Positions 18,633 to 27,655 of a stretch of DNA of 64,000 nucleotides are shown in pieces. The notes below the pieces were generated by a model. That model saw nothing but the letters and a program-made list of their open reading frames with translations. It did no database searches and had not been told where the DNA came from. The stretch lies in the NCBI GenBank assembly GCA_965222375.1, contig CBDCTZ010000008.1, forward strand, positions 64,001 to 128,000, written 5' to 3'. This stretch comes from Polyangiaceae bacterium. Lineage in GTDB: Bacteria > Myxococcota_A > Polyangia > Polyangiales > Polyangiaceae. Within the stretch, counting starts at the first letter, position 1, and each line of letters starts with the position of its first letter. Made by a program: the position numbers and the translations under genes.

Positions 18633-19093
18633 TGCGTCGAGCGGTCTCGACCACGCTGTCGCTGCTCGTGCTAGCCACGGTATTGGGCGCTGGTTGTGGA
18701 CGGGCGGACGAAGGCGAGAGCTGCGACGCGGCCAAGGGCAATGACGACTGTGCCGAGGGGCTGATTTGTCGTTCAGCGTTCGAAGTCCAGGCCAAGGAGA
18801 GCGTGTGCTGCCCACCGCCCCCAGCACGGCCGTCCACGTCGGAGTGCCAGCCGGCGATCGACGAGTTCATGCCTGACCCCGGCGTTGATGCGTCCTTCGG
18901 CGGCGGCGGGGGTAGCGGAGGCTCCTCCGGTAGCGGCGGCAGCGGAGGTAGCTCGGGTAGCTCGGGTAGCTCGGGTAGCGGAGGCGGCGCCGGTGCAGAT
19001 GGCAGCGCAACAGGCGGATCAGCGGGTGCCGACGCTGGAGACGCAAGCACGGATTCTGCAGCCGACGTTGCCTCGGACAGCAGTTCTGACTGA
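18632..19093 (+). CDS. Cys-rich lipoprotein (paralog of upstream gene)
   Basis: TAATG overlap; lipobox GAGC, EGESC...DCAEGLIC...CCP, GSS linker from GGTAGCTCG repeats. Confidence 0.8.
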   Translation: MRRAVSTTLSLLVLATVLGAGCGRADEGESCDAAKGNDDCAEGLICRSAFEVQAKESVCCPPPPARPSTSECQPAIDEFMPDPGVDASFGGGGGSGGSSGSGGSGGSSGSSGSSGSGGGAGADGSATGGSAGADAGDASTDSAADVASDSSSD

Positions 19094-19102
19094 GCCGCGC
19101 TC

Positions 19103-19360
19103 ATGCCGACCGTCACCCATCTGGCTGCAACCGCTCAGGAGGCGCTGCTGCTCTCCATCGCGGTCTCGCTACCCGTCGTTGGTGTCGCTGCCATTGCCGG
19201 CCTTCTAGTCGCCGTCTTTCAAGCGGCCACCCAAGTGCAGGACATCACTCTGGCGCACCTACCCCGGTTGGTGGTCGTGGCGATTGCTCTGGCCGTCGCC
19301 GGGCCGTGGATGGGCTCCCAGATCGCATCCTTCGCTACGCGCGTATTCTCTGGTGGCTGA
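19103..19360 (+). CDS. fliQ: FliQ/SctS (EscS) family export-gate subunit
   Basis: 85 aa with GLLVAVFQAATQVQDITL..LPRL and GPWM signature. Confidence 0.88.
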   Translation: MPTVTHLAATAQEALLLSIAVSLPVVGVAAIAGLLVAVFQAATQVQDITLAHLPRLVVVAIALAVAGPWMGSQIASFATRVFSGG

Positions 19361-20561
19361 CGCTTCCGTCTTGTCCCCGGCAGAGCTCGCGGAATGCGAC
19401 CGCGAGCGTCCCCACGTCGGTGGCCGCATCCTGGCTCTGGAGAGCGGGCAAGCGGTCCTTGCCGATGCTTTCGGTCAGGTGAATGTACGCTTCCGCAGCA
19501 CCCCTGAACTACAGATCGGTGATTTCGTGGTGGTCGCGGGCGGCATCGAAGAGCCCGGACACCTGTCCGACGCGGAACTCATCGAACGCCACCCCGCGCG
19601 GCCGCCACGCGGCGATAGTGACTTCGCGCGTTTCAGCCTGGCGGGCGTGGGCAAACGATTGCGCATGCGCAGCCGTGGCTTCGAAGTGATTCGCGAAACC
19701 CTCACGGGTCTTGGTTTCATCGAGGTGGACGCTCCCATGTTGGTGCGGGCGCCAGGCTTGGACAGTTTCGTTGAGGCTGTGCCTTGCGGTGACGAGTACC
19801 TGTCCACGTCCCCGGAATTCCAACTCAAGCGCTTGCTCGCGGGGGGCGTGCCCAGGCTCTATTGCCTTGGGCACGTGGCTCGTGCGGACGAGACCGGCCA
19901 TCGGCACGAGCGGGAATTCTGCATGCTCGAGTGGTATCGAGCATTCGCCGGTGCCGACGCGATGCGCCGCGACACCGAGCAAGTGGTGTCGAGGGTGGCG
20001 CTGAGCTTGACGGGTGCCGAGTGGATCACTTTGCCTGCGGGCAGCAGGATCGACTTGCGTCCGCCTTTCGAGCGGATGACCGTGCGTGAAGCGTTTCGAT
20101 CCTGGGTCGGCGTGGCCGACGCTGCTGCCCTAGCGGAAGCAGATCCCGCGCGATACTTTCGGCTCTTCGTGGACGTGATAGAACCCGCCCTCGCACGCTT
20201 GGATCGACCTGTATTCCTGGAGCAGTACCCAGCCTCCCAAGCGGCTTTGGCGCGCTTGTCGCCCAGCGACCCCAGCGTGGCCGAACGCTTCGAGCTGTTC
20301 GTGGCGGGCGTCGAGCTGTGCAACGCCTTCGTCGAACTCACTGACGAGCGCGAGCAGCGAAAACGCTTCGAACTCGAGCTTCAGCGGAGGCGAGCCCGGG
20401 GCCATGCAGACGTGCCCCTGGATGAGCGTTTCTTGGATGCGCTCAGCCAGGGGTTGCCCCCTTGCACTGGCAACGCCCTTGGAGTGGACCGCCTGCTCGC
20501 ATTATGCATGGGTCAGAGCGAAATTCGCGACGTGATGCCGTTCCCCCAGGATTGGCTCTAG
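19353..20561 (+). CDS. epmA: EF-P lysine aminoacylase EpmA/GenX
   Basis: YLSTSPEFQLKRLL, EFCMLEWYR, AERFELF, ELCNAFVELTD, GNALGVDRL motifs; start codon uncertain. Confidence 0.9.
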   Translation: MADASVLSPAELAECDRERPHVGGRILALESGQAVLADAFGQVNVRFRSTPELQIGDFVVVAGGIEEPGHLSDAELIERHPARPPRGDSDFARFSLAGVGKRLRMRSRGFEVIRETLTGLGFIEVDAPMLVRAPGLDSFVEAVPCGDEYLSTSPEFQLKRLLAGGVPRLYCLGHVARADETGHRHEREFCMLEWYRAFAGADAMRRDTEQVVSRVALSLTGAEWITLPAGSRIDLRPPFERMTVREAFRSWVGVADAAALAEADPARYFRLFVDVIEPALARLDRPVFLEQYPASQAALARLSPSDPSVAERFELFVAGVELCNAFVELTDEREQRKRFELELQRRRARGHADVPLDERFLDALSQGLPPCTGNALGVDRLLALCMGQSEIRDVMPFPQDWL

Positions 20562-20628
20562 TGATAGCCTTCGCCGCCGGGTCGTCCCGCCCGCCGCGAA
20601 GTGCAGCCCGGGCCCGGAGGGAGAGTTC

Positions 20629-21543
20629 ATGGAGTCCACGTTCCTGACCAAAGTCGTCTTACCGCTCGCGCTCTTCGTGATCATGCTGGGCATGGGGCTG
20701 TCCCTCGTTCCAGATGATTTCCGGCGCGTCCTGCGGCACCCAAAGGCGGTAGCGGTCGGGGCGTCCTTCCAAATGCTGGCGCTGCCCATTCTCGGCTTTG
20801 CCTTTGCCAAGATATTCGGACTACAGGGCGCGATGGCTGTCGGATTGATCGCGCTCTCGGTGTGCCCAGGTGGAACCACCTCGAACATGTTCTCGTTCCT
20901 CTCCCGCGGGGACGTGGCGCTTTCGATTTCTCTGACCGCCGTGGTCAGCCTGATTACTCCGTTCACCATTCCCCTGCTGCTCGGGCCTGCCATGAACCAC
21001 TTCATGGGCGAGGCCGCGACGGTTCAGCTGCCCCTGGGCAAGACCATCATTCAGCTATTGGCCATCACGGTGGTTCCAGTGGGGATTGGTATGTTGATCC
21101 GCCACAAGGCGCCAAGCGCTTCTCGCCGCGCTGAGGGCGCCGTGAAGGTGCTCTCCATCGTGTTTCTGTTCGCGGTGATCGGTGGGATCATGCGGCAGAA
21201 CTGGGAGCGCTTGCCGGAGTTCTTCGCCCAGGCGGGGCTATCGTCTCTGGCGCTGAACCTGACTGCTATCGCCCTGGGCTACTTCGGAGCCAAGAGTTTC
21301 GCCCTCCCGGAACGCCAGTCGATTACCGTGGGGATCGAAGTTGGGATCCAAAACGGCACGACCGCGCTACTCGTCACTAGCACGATTCTGGCGAACCCCA
21401 CGATGAGCATTCCACCGGCGATTTACAGCTTGATCATGTTCGGAACGGGAGCCGTATTCGGAATCGTGGTGGCGCGACGCGTGCCGAAGCGGCAAGCCGA
21501 CGGCAAGGCACCCGCCACGGTCCCATCCGCCGGGCAGGGATGA
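20629..21543 (+). CDS. bile acid:sodium symporter (BASS) family transporter
   Basis: MLGMGLSL, PGGTTSN, GDVALS and EVGIQN motifs. Confidence 0.92.
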   Translation: MESTFLTKVVLPLALFVIMLGMGLSLVPDDFRRVLRHPKAVAVGASFQMLALPILGFAFAKIFGLQGAMAVGLIALSVCPGGTTSNMFSFLSRGDVALSISLTAVVSLITPFTIPLLLGPAMNHFMGEAATVQLPLGKTIIQLLAITVVPVGIGMLIRHKAPSASRRAEGAVKVLSIVFLFAVIGGIMRQNWERLPEFFAQAGLSSLALNLTAIALGYFGAKSFALPERQSITVGIEVGIQNGTTALLVTSTILANPTMSIPPAIYSLIMFGTGAVFGIVVARRVPKRQADGKAPATVPSAGQG

Positions 21544-21600
21544 CCTGAGCATCCTCGGCGCGGCGACTCCCTCAAAAAAGACGGCCCAGCCGCGAAGCGG

Positions 21601-24087
21601 CTACTGACCGATTTGCGGAACCTCCGCCGATGCGGCCATCCCGAGGAAACGCGCCACGTCCTTACGCGCTGCCGGCACGTCAAACGCCACGAAATGGCCG
21701 TCCGCGCCCGAGGCCGGGCCGTATTGGCGCACACCCAACGTGATGAAGGTCCCCGGACTGACCTCGAAGTTTCCGGCAAACGGCGTCGCTTGTTCCGTTA
21801 GATTGCCTATGGCTTCGGGCGTGGCCACGCTGGCGTCATGAGCCACGACCTCCAGGCGCCCCGCGAGGGCGAAGGCCGCCAACGTCGTCGCGGGGCTGTA
21901 GTGATCGGCCAGGCCGTAGGTCATGAACACATGCTTCGCTTGCTTGCCGGCTAACGGGCTGCGTCCGATTGCCACTGCCGTGTTCAGTGGATCGGCCGGA
22001 TCGATCCACTGCTGCAGCAGCGACAAGACCGGGTGCATGTCGCCGCCATTCAGGTCTCCAGAGGAATCGAAGTCGCCCAAGACATACGGCACCGCAGACT
22101 TGATGTTCACAGGCTGAGTCTTGTTGAGCAACGCATGCATCAGACTTGCGCCGCTGCCGCTGAGCACGGTTGCGGAAAACTGATCCGCAAATGGAAGCGC
22201 GAGGCTCCCATGGGTCGCACCCTGGGAATGTCCGTAGAATACGATTTTCGTCGGATCTGCCTTGATATCCGCTCCGCCGGTCTCCGCAGCGGTCAGATCG
22301 AGACTGGCGGCCAGGCGGCCGAGCCCGACCTGATCGGCCGCGCCTTGCAATGGATTTCCGCGAGCCGCGGCGGGGTTCGTGAAGTTGAAGAACAGATCGT
22401 TCGGGGATGCCGTCGAGCCCCCGCGGCGAGGGCCATGCTGGACCTGATCAATGCCAAGCACGACAAAACCGACGCTCCCGCTCGGTGTGGTGGCCTTGGA
22501 TAGTTCACCTGCGATTTCCGCGCGCACGTGGCTGCGGAACGAGCCGCCGGTGCCGTGGGCGAAGACAACCACCGGCCAGCCCGTGGGCGGCATCGCGGTT
22601 TTGGGCACGGTCAGCGCCATGCACACATCCTCACTGCGTTCCGGCTTGTCCAAGGCAAGGTCGCCGCCGCTGTCTTGGTAAGGAGCGGTGCCCTTCTGGA
22701 AAACCGGCAGGCTCACGAGCGCGTGGTACTCGTCGTAATCTGCGGAAGCCGCGCCGCAGGCGCGCTCACCTTCCGCATCGGGACATGGGCTCTTGGCACC
22801 CCCGCCACACTTGACCCAGGACTTTGCGCTGGGGATGGCCTGGCCTTCTACGGCGGTCGCGAGCTTCTGCATGGGCTGTCGCACCTCTCCCGCCGTTACG
22901 ACCGTTGCGTTCAAGATCGTCGCGGGGTCGATGCCCTTGTCGGAGAGATAGCCTCTAAAGGGCGCGTAGGACGCGTAGGCCTTCGCCAAGACGGGATCCG
23001 AGGGTGCAGCCGGCGCGAGCAGCCCCGCCAACTGGCTGCTGCGCTCGATGGGTTCGTTCTTTTCGCTCTTGCCCGCAGTGGTGACCCAGATGGCGTAGGT
23101 ATGGCCCGGCCGCAGGGGCGCGCCATGGGGCCGGCGGACACCGAGCCAGTTGTCGCAGATGTACTTGGTGCGCGGGCCCGAAGCGAACCAGTACAGGCCC
23201 GCCGCGGTGCCATATTCGGCGGCGCCCTGAGTCACGTCGACCCAACTAACTGGCGCCCCGCCGCCCTGGGGCTTGAAGGTCTCGAAATTGATGGGCCCGC
23301 TGAAGCGGAAGATCACCGTGGGGTATGTGCCCCAAGCCTTGTCGCTTTTGACCACTGCGTCCACGTAGCGCTGCACCGGATCGAATCCGAGCAGCTCAGC
23401 GCCCGGCGTCGGGAAGCCGTTCAGGTTCAGCTTGCCGCCTTCAATGCGCACGTCGTTGGGGAACGGAAGCCGAAAGAAGTCTCCCTCCTGCGCGGCGGGA
23501 CTGGTCGCCCCAGGCACTTCGAAGAACGCCCGCACCTTGCCTGCACTCGGCGCCTCACAACTGACCCCCTGCCAGTTGGTCACACCGAATGAGGGTGCGC
23601 CAGGCGGCGTGAGCCCACACTTGCCCGAGGAGCACGTCAGCCCGGCAAAGCAATCAGCGGCGGTGGTGCAGTCTGCGCCAACGTCGCCACCTCCCTCGGG
23701 TTTGCACTGGGCCGAGAAGCCCACGAGGGTGCAGCGCAGGCCTGACTCACAGTCCAGGTCACTCGCGCAGGATGTGCCATCAGTGCCCCCGCCGTTCTTC
23801 TGGCAGCTGCCACCCGAACACTGCAGCCCCATTTCGCACTCGCCGCTCAGTACGCAGGTTTGCCCCTCGGTGCGCGTGTGCCCGAGCTCGCATGTGGCGC
23901 CACTTCCGCAGACCAACCCCACCCGGCACGGCTTGGCCGGGGCACAGGAGTCGCCGACACCGCCGCCTCCCGGTACACCTGGCGTGCCCCCGGTGCCCCC
24001 AGTGGGGCGCTCCACGGAGCCCTCGTCACAACCAAAAGCGACCGCTGCCAAGCAAAGCGCGCAAAGTCCAAGCTTAGATCCTCGCAT
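21601..24087 (-). CDS. Cys-rich lipoprotein with C-terminal alpha/beta hydrolase (lipase-like)
   Basis: Lipobox AFGC, four Cys repeats, LPFPND, HGTGG, nucleophile elbow GHSQG, DGH. Confidence 0.82.
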   Translation of the reverse strand: MRGSKLGLCALCLAAVAFGCDEGSVERPTGGTGGTPGVPGGGGVGDSCAPAKPCRVGLVCGSGATCELGHTRTEGQTCVLSGECEMGLQCSGGSCQKNGGGTDGTSCASDLDCESGLRCTLVGFSAQCKPEGGGDVGADCTTAADCFAGLTCSSGKCGLTPPGAPSFGVTNWQGVSCEAPSAGKVRAFFEVPGATSPAAQEGDFFRLPFPNDVRIEGGKLNLNGFPTPGAELLGFDPVQRYVDAVVKSDKAWGTYPTVIFRFSGPINFETFKPQGGGAPVSWVDVTQGAAEYGTAAGLYWFASGPRTKYICDNWLGVRRPHGAPLRPGHTYAIWVTTAGKSEKNEPIERSSQLAGLLAPAAPSDPVLAKAYASYAPFRGYLSDKGIDPATILNATVVTAGEVRQPMQKLATAVEGQAIPSAKSWVKCGGGAKSPCPDAEGERACGAASADYDEYHALVSLPVFQKGTAPYQDSGGDLALDKPERSEDVCMALTVPKTAMPPTGWPVVVFAHGTGGSFRSHVRAEIAGELSKATTPSGSVGFVVLGIDQVQHGPRRGGSTASPNDLFFNFTNPAAARGNPLQGAADQVGLGRLAASLDLTAAETGGADIKADPTKIVFYGHSQGATHGSLALPFADQFSATVLSGSGASLMHALLNKTQPVNIKSAVPYVLGDFDSSGDLNGGDMHPVLSLLQQWIDPADPLNTAVAIGRSPLAGKQAKHVFMTYGLADHYSPATTLAAFALAGRLEVVAHDASVATPEAIGNLTEQATPFAGNFEVSPGTFITLGVRQYGPASGADGHFVAFDVPAARKDVARFLGMAASAEVPQIGQ

Positions 24088-24149
24088 GCTCGTCATTTTC
24101 GCCTGCTTTGGGGGTTTGCGCAAAGGCCGTGCATCGCTACGACCCCCGC

Positions 24150-24908
24150 ATGACCCGGCCCTTGATCTTGCTTTCCAATGACGACGGATACCGATCCCAG
24201 GGGCTCGCGGCTCTGGCGCGAGCATTAGGCGATTTGGGCGACGTGGTGGTGTGCGCTCCAGAAACGGAACAGAGTGCGTCCAGCCACGCCCTGAGCCTCC
24301 ACCGACCCCTGCGCCTGTTTCGCCACGGCGATTCGACGTTTTCCGTCGACGGCACGCCTGCCGACTGCGTTTACGTCGCGCTGCACGCCACCGACCGCGT
24401 GGTGCCGCGTCGACCGGACCTGGTCGTCAGCGGCCTCAACCACGGCGTGAACCTCGGCGACGACGTGTTTTACAGCGGCACCGTCGCCGCCGCGCGCGAA
24501 GCCGCGCTCAAAGGGCTACCTGCCCTCGCTGTCTCCGCGGCAGTGGGAGCCGAGCAAGACGCGGCGGCGAAGGTCTCAGCCTCCATCGCCCAGGCGATGC
24601 TCGAACAGCGCTTCGACCAACCAATATTGCTCAACGTCAATTTCCCCAGCGGTCGAGAGTGGGACGTGCGGGCAACGCGCCTGGGGCGACGAGTGTACGA
24701 CGATGGCGTCGAATTCCGAAAGGACCCGCGCGGGCGCGAGTACCTCTGGATCGGCGGCCCAGGCGTGCAGCATCGTGAGGCCCCTGGCTCGGACACGGAG
24801 GCCTTCGACCAGAGCATCGTGGGCGTCACCCCCCTAGTCCTCGATCTGTGGGGGCGCGTGCATCAGGCCGAGGCCGAAGCGGTGGTGGCGTCGCTATCGG
24901 CGTCATGA
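24150..24908 (+). CDS. surE: 5'/3'-nucleotidase SurE
   Basis: LSNDDG, GTPADCV, SGLNHGVNLG, YSGTVAAA motifs. Confidence 0.95.
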   Translation: MTRPLILLSNDDGYRSQGLAALARALGDLGDVVVCAPETEQSASSHALSLHRPLRLFRHGDSTFSVDGTPADCVYVALHATDRVVPRRPDLVVSGLNHGVNLGDDVFYSGTVAAAREAALKGLPALAVSAAVGAEQDAAAKVSASIAQAMLEQRFDQPILLNVNFPSGREWDVRATRLGRRVYDDGVEFRKDPRGREYLWIGGPGVQHREAPGSDTEAFDQSIVGVTPLVLDLWGRVHQAEAEAVVASLSAS

Positions 24909-24974
24909 CGGATCCGGGCCGCCAACGCCATCGATTCAACACGTTTAGCCTCCCGCGTGATAAACGGACTCTCA

Positions 24975-25703
24975 ATGGCTGCCCGCAAGACCAACAAGAA
25001 GACTCCCCGGCGCTCGACCGCGAAGCGCGCAAAATCGCCAGCCAAAGGCAAACGCAAAGCACCCGCCCGAGCGAGGTCAAAGGCGTCTGCGAAAAAGGAA
25101 AAGCCAAGGCCGAAGCCAAAGGCAAAGCCCCGACGCAATGCTAAGCGGCGCGGTGCTCTGTCAGCCCTGGCCCTGGAGCTCGACGGCATGAAGCACGTGC
25201 GGAGTTTGATCCGCGACATACCCAACTTCCCTCAGCCCGGGATCGTGTTCAAAGACATCACTCCGCTGCTGGCCGACCCCCGAGGCTTTCACATCGTGCT
25301 CGATGCCATTGCACACCGTTTCGTAGGCGAACACATCGACGCCGTCGTAGGCATCGAATCCCGCGGCTTCATCTTCGGTGGCGCCTTGGCCGCCCGCCTC
25401 AACGCGAGCTTCGTTCCGGTCCGCAAACCCGGCAAGCTGCCGTATCGGACCGAGAAGGTGAGCTACTCTTTGGAGTATGGGGAAAGCGAACTGGAGATGC
25501 ATCGGGACTCCCTGCCCGAAGGCGCGCGCGTGCTGATCGTGGATGACTTGCTTGCCACCGGCGGTACCGCGGCTGCAGCAGCGGAGTTGGTCGATCGGCA
25601 GGGCGCGAGCGTGGCAGCTTTTGCCTTCGTCGTGGAATTGGGCGACCTGGACGGCCGCAGCCGCTTAGAGCACGCTCCAATCATCTCGGTCCTGAACTAC
25701 TGA
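24975..25703 (+). CDS. apt: adenine phosphoribosyltransferase with Lys/Arg/Ala/Pro-rich N-terminal extension
   Basis: PNFPQPGIVFKDIT, ESRGF, RKPGKLP, LEYG, VDDLLATGGT motifs. Confidence 0.93.
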   Translation: MAARKTNKKTPRRSTAKRAKSPAKGKRKAPARARSKASAKKEKPRPKPKAKPRRNAKRRGALSALALELDGMKHVRSLIRDIPNFPQPGIVFKDITPLLADPRGFHIVLDAIAHRFVGEHIDAVVGIESRGFIFGGALAARLNASFVPVRKPGKLPYRTEKVSYSLEYGESELEMHRDSLPEGARVLIVDDLLATGGTAAAAAELVDRQGASVAAFAFVVELGDLDGRSRLEHAPIISVLNY

Positions 25704-25725
25704 CAGGCTTGCGGGGGAGGGCGGC

Positions 25726-26976
25726 TTGCAGGCTGACTCGGAGTTGCTCAGGGAGATCGAAACCTTCGTCGCGGAAGAAGTGGCGCGGTTCGGTGTTGCA
25801 GGACAGGTCCGCATCGCAGGCAATTACATCTTGCTCGAGGGCCATGGCCCCGCGACCAGCGCAGATCTGGGCGCCCTGGTCGAACAATGGGATGGGCTTC
25901 CCCACGACGTTCGCGCACGGCGCGCCACGGGTCTGGCTCGGCGCCTGGTGGAAAGCCGTCGGGCCTCCCTGGCGCCTCAGGGCCGGCCCAAGCGAAGCTT
26001 TTCGCTACCGCGGTTCATCGCGCCTGCGATCATTCTCTGCGCAGGCGCCGTCGGGATTTGGCTGGCCTACGACTATTTGACCCCTTCGGGGCCCAAGACG
26101 CCGGGAACCAGAGCCGGAACGACTTCAACAGGTGCTGCGCCGAGCGACAGTGCAGTGGGCGCCGACGAGTACGAGAAACAGCGCGCCGAGCGAGCGGCCC
26201 GGGTGTGCCACGCGACGCGTGCTCGGGTGCAACGAGGCTCGACAGTGGGCCCCACGGACGTGGAAGGCTGGGTGGTCGAGCTCACCTTGTTGCGCTCCGG
26301 AGGCAACACCGCCCTCACTTTCGATCCCACACTGACCAGTTTCTTGCAGCGACGCGCAGGAAGTCTTCAGGGCAAGTTCATCTGGGCCGGAGCGGAATCC
26401 CTTCGCGGTCGAGAAGGCCCCTCCACCCGAGTGGAGGTCGAAGACGCCAGTGTTCCAAATCCCGAAAAGCCCGAGTTGTATGGCGTCACCCTGCGTTTCA
26501 CAGGCCGCTACGTGATCAGCTATTTCACCGAGGCCGAACGGGTCGATTACCACAAGACCGCTCACACCCTCGCCAAACGCCTGGGCGCGGACAGCGCGGC
26601 GCTATTCGCGCGCTGCGCTGACAGCAGCACCCACCAGATCGGCTCCTGGTTTTGGGGCAAGGGCCCCGGCGGCGCGGCGGCTTCGCTGATCTACTTCATG
26701 GGCGCGCATGCAGATCCGCCCCAGATCGAGGCGAAAACCCTTTTCCCCAAGGGAGAAAGCGACGTTGCGCAGAGCGGCGCGCTGCTGCGCATAGGCACCG
26801 AGGCCGCAGAGCTGAAGCGCACTCGCGTGCTCCGACTGCTCGGCAACAGCGGTGGCATGATTGCCGGGCGCAAGGATGCACCCAACGTGATCACCTTCCC
26901 CTTCAAAGACTCGAATCGCGCGTCCCGAGCCAGCCTCGACTTGGCTCGGGAAGTCGATCTGGCCGTTACGAACTGA
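25726..26976 (+). CDS. hypothetical single-pass membrane protein
   Basis: 416-aa ORF with one TM segment near residue 100; follows apt on the same strand. Confidence 0.75.
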   Translation: MQADSELLREIETFVAEEVARFGVAGQVRIAGNYILLEGHGPATSADLGALVEQWDGLPHDVRARRATGLARRLVESRRASLAPQGRPKRSFSLPRFIAPAIILCAGAVGIWLAYDYLTPSGPKTPGTRAGTTSTGAAPSDSAVGADEYEKQRAERAARVCHATRARVQRGSTVGPTDVEGWVVELTLLRSGGNTALTFDPTLTSFLQRRAGSLQGKFIWAGAESLRGREGPSTRVEVEDASVPNPEKPELYGVTLRFTGRYVISYFTEAERVDYHKTAHTLAKRLGADSAALFARCADSSTHQIGSWFWGKGPGGAAASLIYFMGAHADPPQIEAKTLFPKGESDVAQSGALLRIGTEAAELKRTRVLRLLGNSGGMIAGRKDAPNVITFPFKDSNRASRASLDLAREVDLAVTN

Positions 26977-27280
26977 GGATCTGCTCCAGCTCGCCGCTCT
27001 CGTACAGGTCGCTGACGATGTCGCAGCCACCCACGAACTTTCCGTTGGCGTAGAGCTGAGGGATGGTCGGCCAATTGGCGTAGGCCTTGATGCCCTGCCG
27101 AATATCCGGGTCCGTGAGCACGTTCACGTCTTTGAACTCGACGTTCATCTGCTTGAGGATCCCAACGACCTGAGCGGAAAACCCGCACTGTGGGAACAAC
27201 TTGCTGCCCTTCATGAAGAGCACGACTCGGTTGTCCTTCACGGTGTTTTCGATTTGCTGCTTGACTGCTTCGTCCATCAT
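26966..27280 (-). CDS. grxD: monothiol glutaredoxin Grx4
   Basis: FMKG, CGFS, WPTIPQLY and GGCD motifs. Confidence 0.95.
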   Translation of the reverse strand: MMDEAVKQQIENTVKDNRVVLFMKGSKLFPQCGFSAQVVGILKQMNVEFKDVNVLTDPDIRQGIKAYANWPTIPQLYANGKFVGGCDIVSDLYESGELEQILSS

Positions 27281-27534
27281 CCGCCTCCGCTGCGTCGTTG
27301 CCACGACTCTGGGGTATAGGTTTTCAGCGCCAATGCGTGGATGGGGCCAGACATGGCGTCGCCCAGGGCGCCGTAGACCATCTGGTGCTGCTCCACCGGC
27401 GTCTTGCCCGCGAAGGCCGTTGAAACGACTCGTGCTTGGTAATGATCCTGGGTGCCTGTCAGGTCCTTCACCTCGACGTCAGCGTCGGGAAAGGCCTCCA
27501 GCAACAGACGTTTCACTTCTTCCGGGGCCAGCAT
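27277..27534 (-). CDS. BolA/IbaG family protein
   Basis: DHY, FAGK..VEQHQMVY and IHALAL motifs; coupled to grxD. Confidence 0.92.
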   Translation of the reverse strand: MLAPEEVKRLLLEAFPDADVEVKDLTGTQDHYQARVVSTAFAGKTPVEQHQMVYGALGDAMSGPIHALALKTYTPESWQRRSGGG

Positions 27535-27655
27535 GGCGCTGGAAATTTGCCGTTACGTCAGGTTTTGTCAACTCCCCCATCCAAGCCTGACGTTCCTTGG
27601 GGGCCACGACGGGCCCAGCGCACCCCCATTTGCGGGGCGCGCCGGGGCGGCTGCG

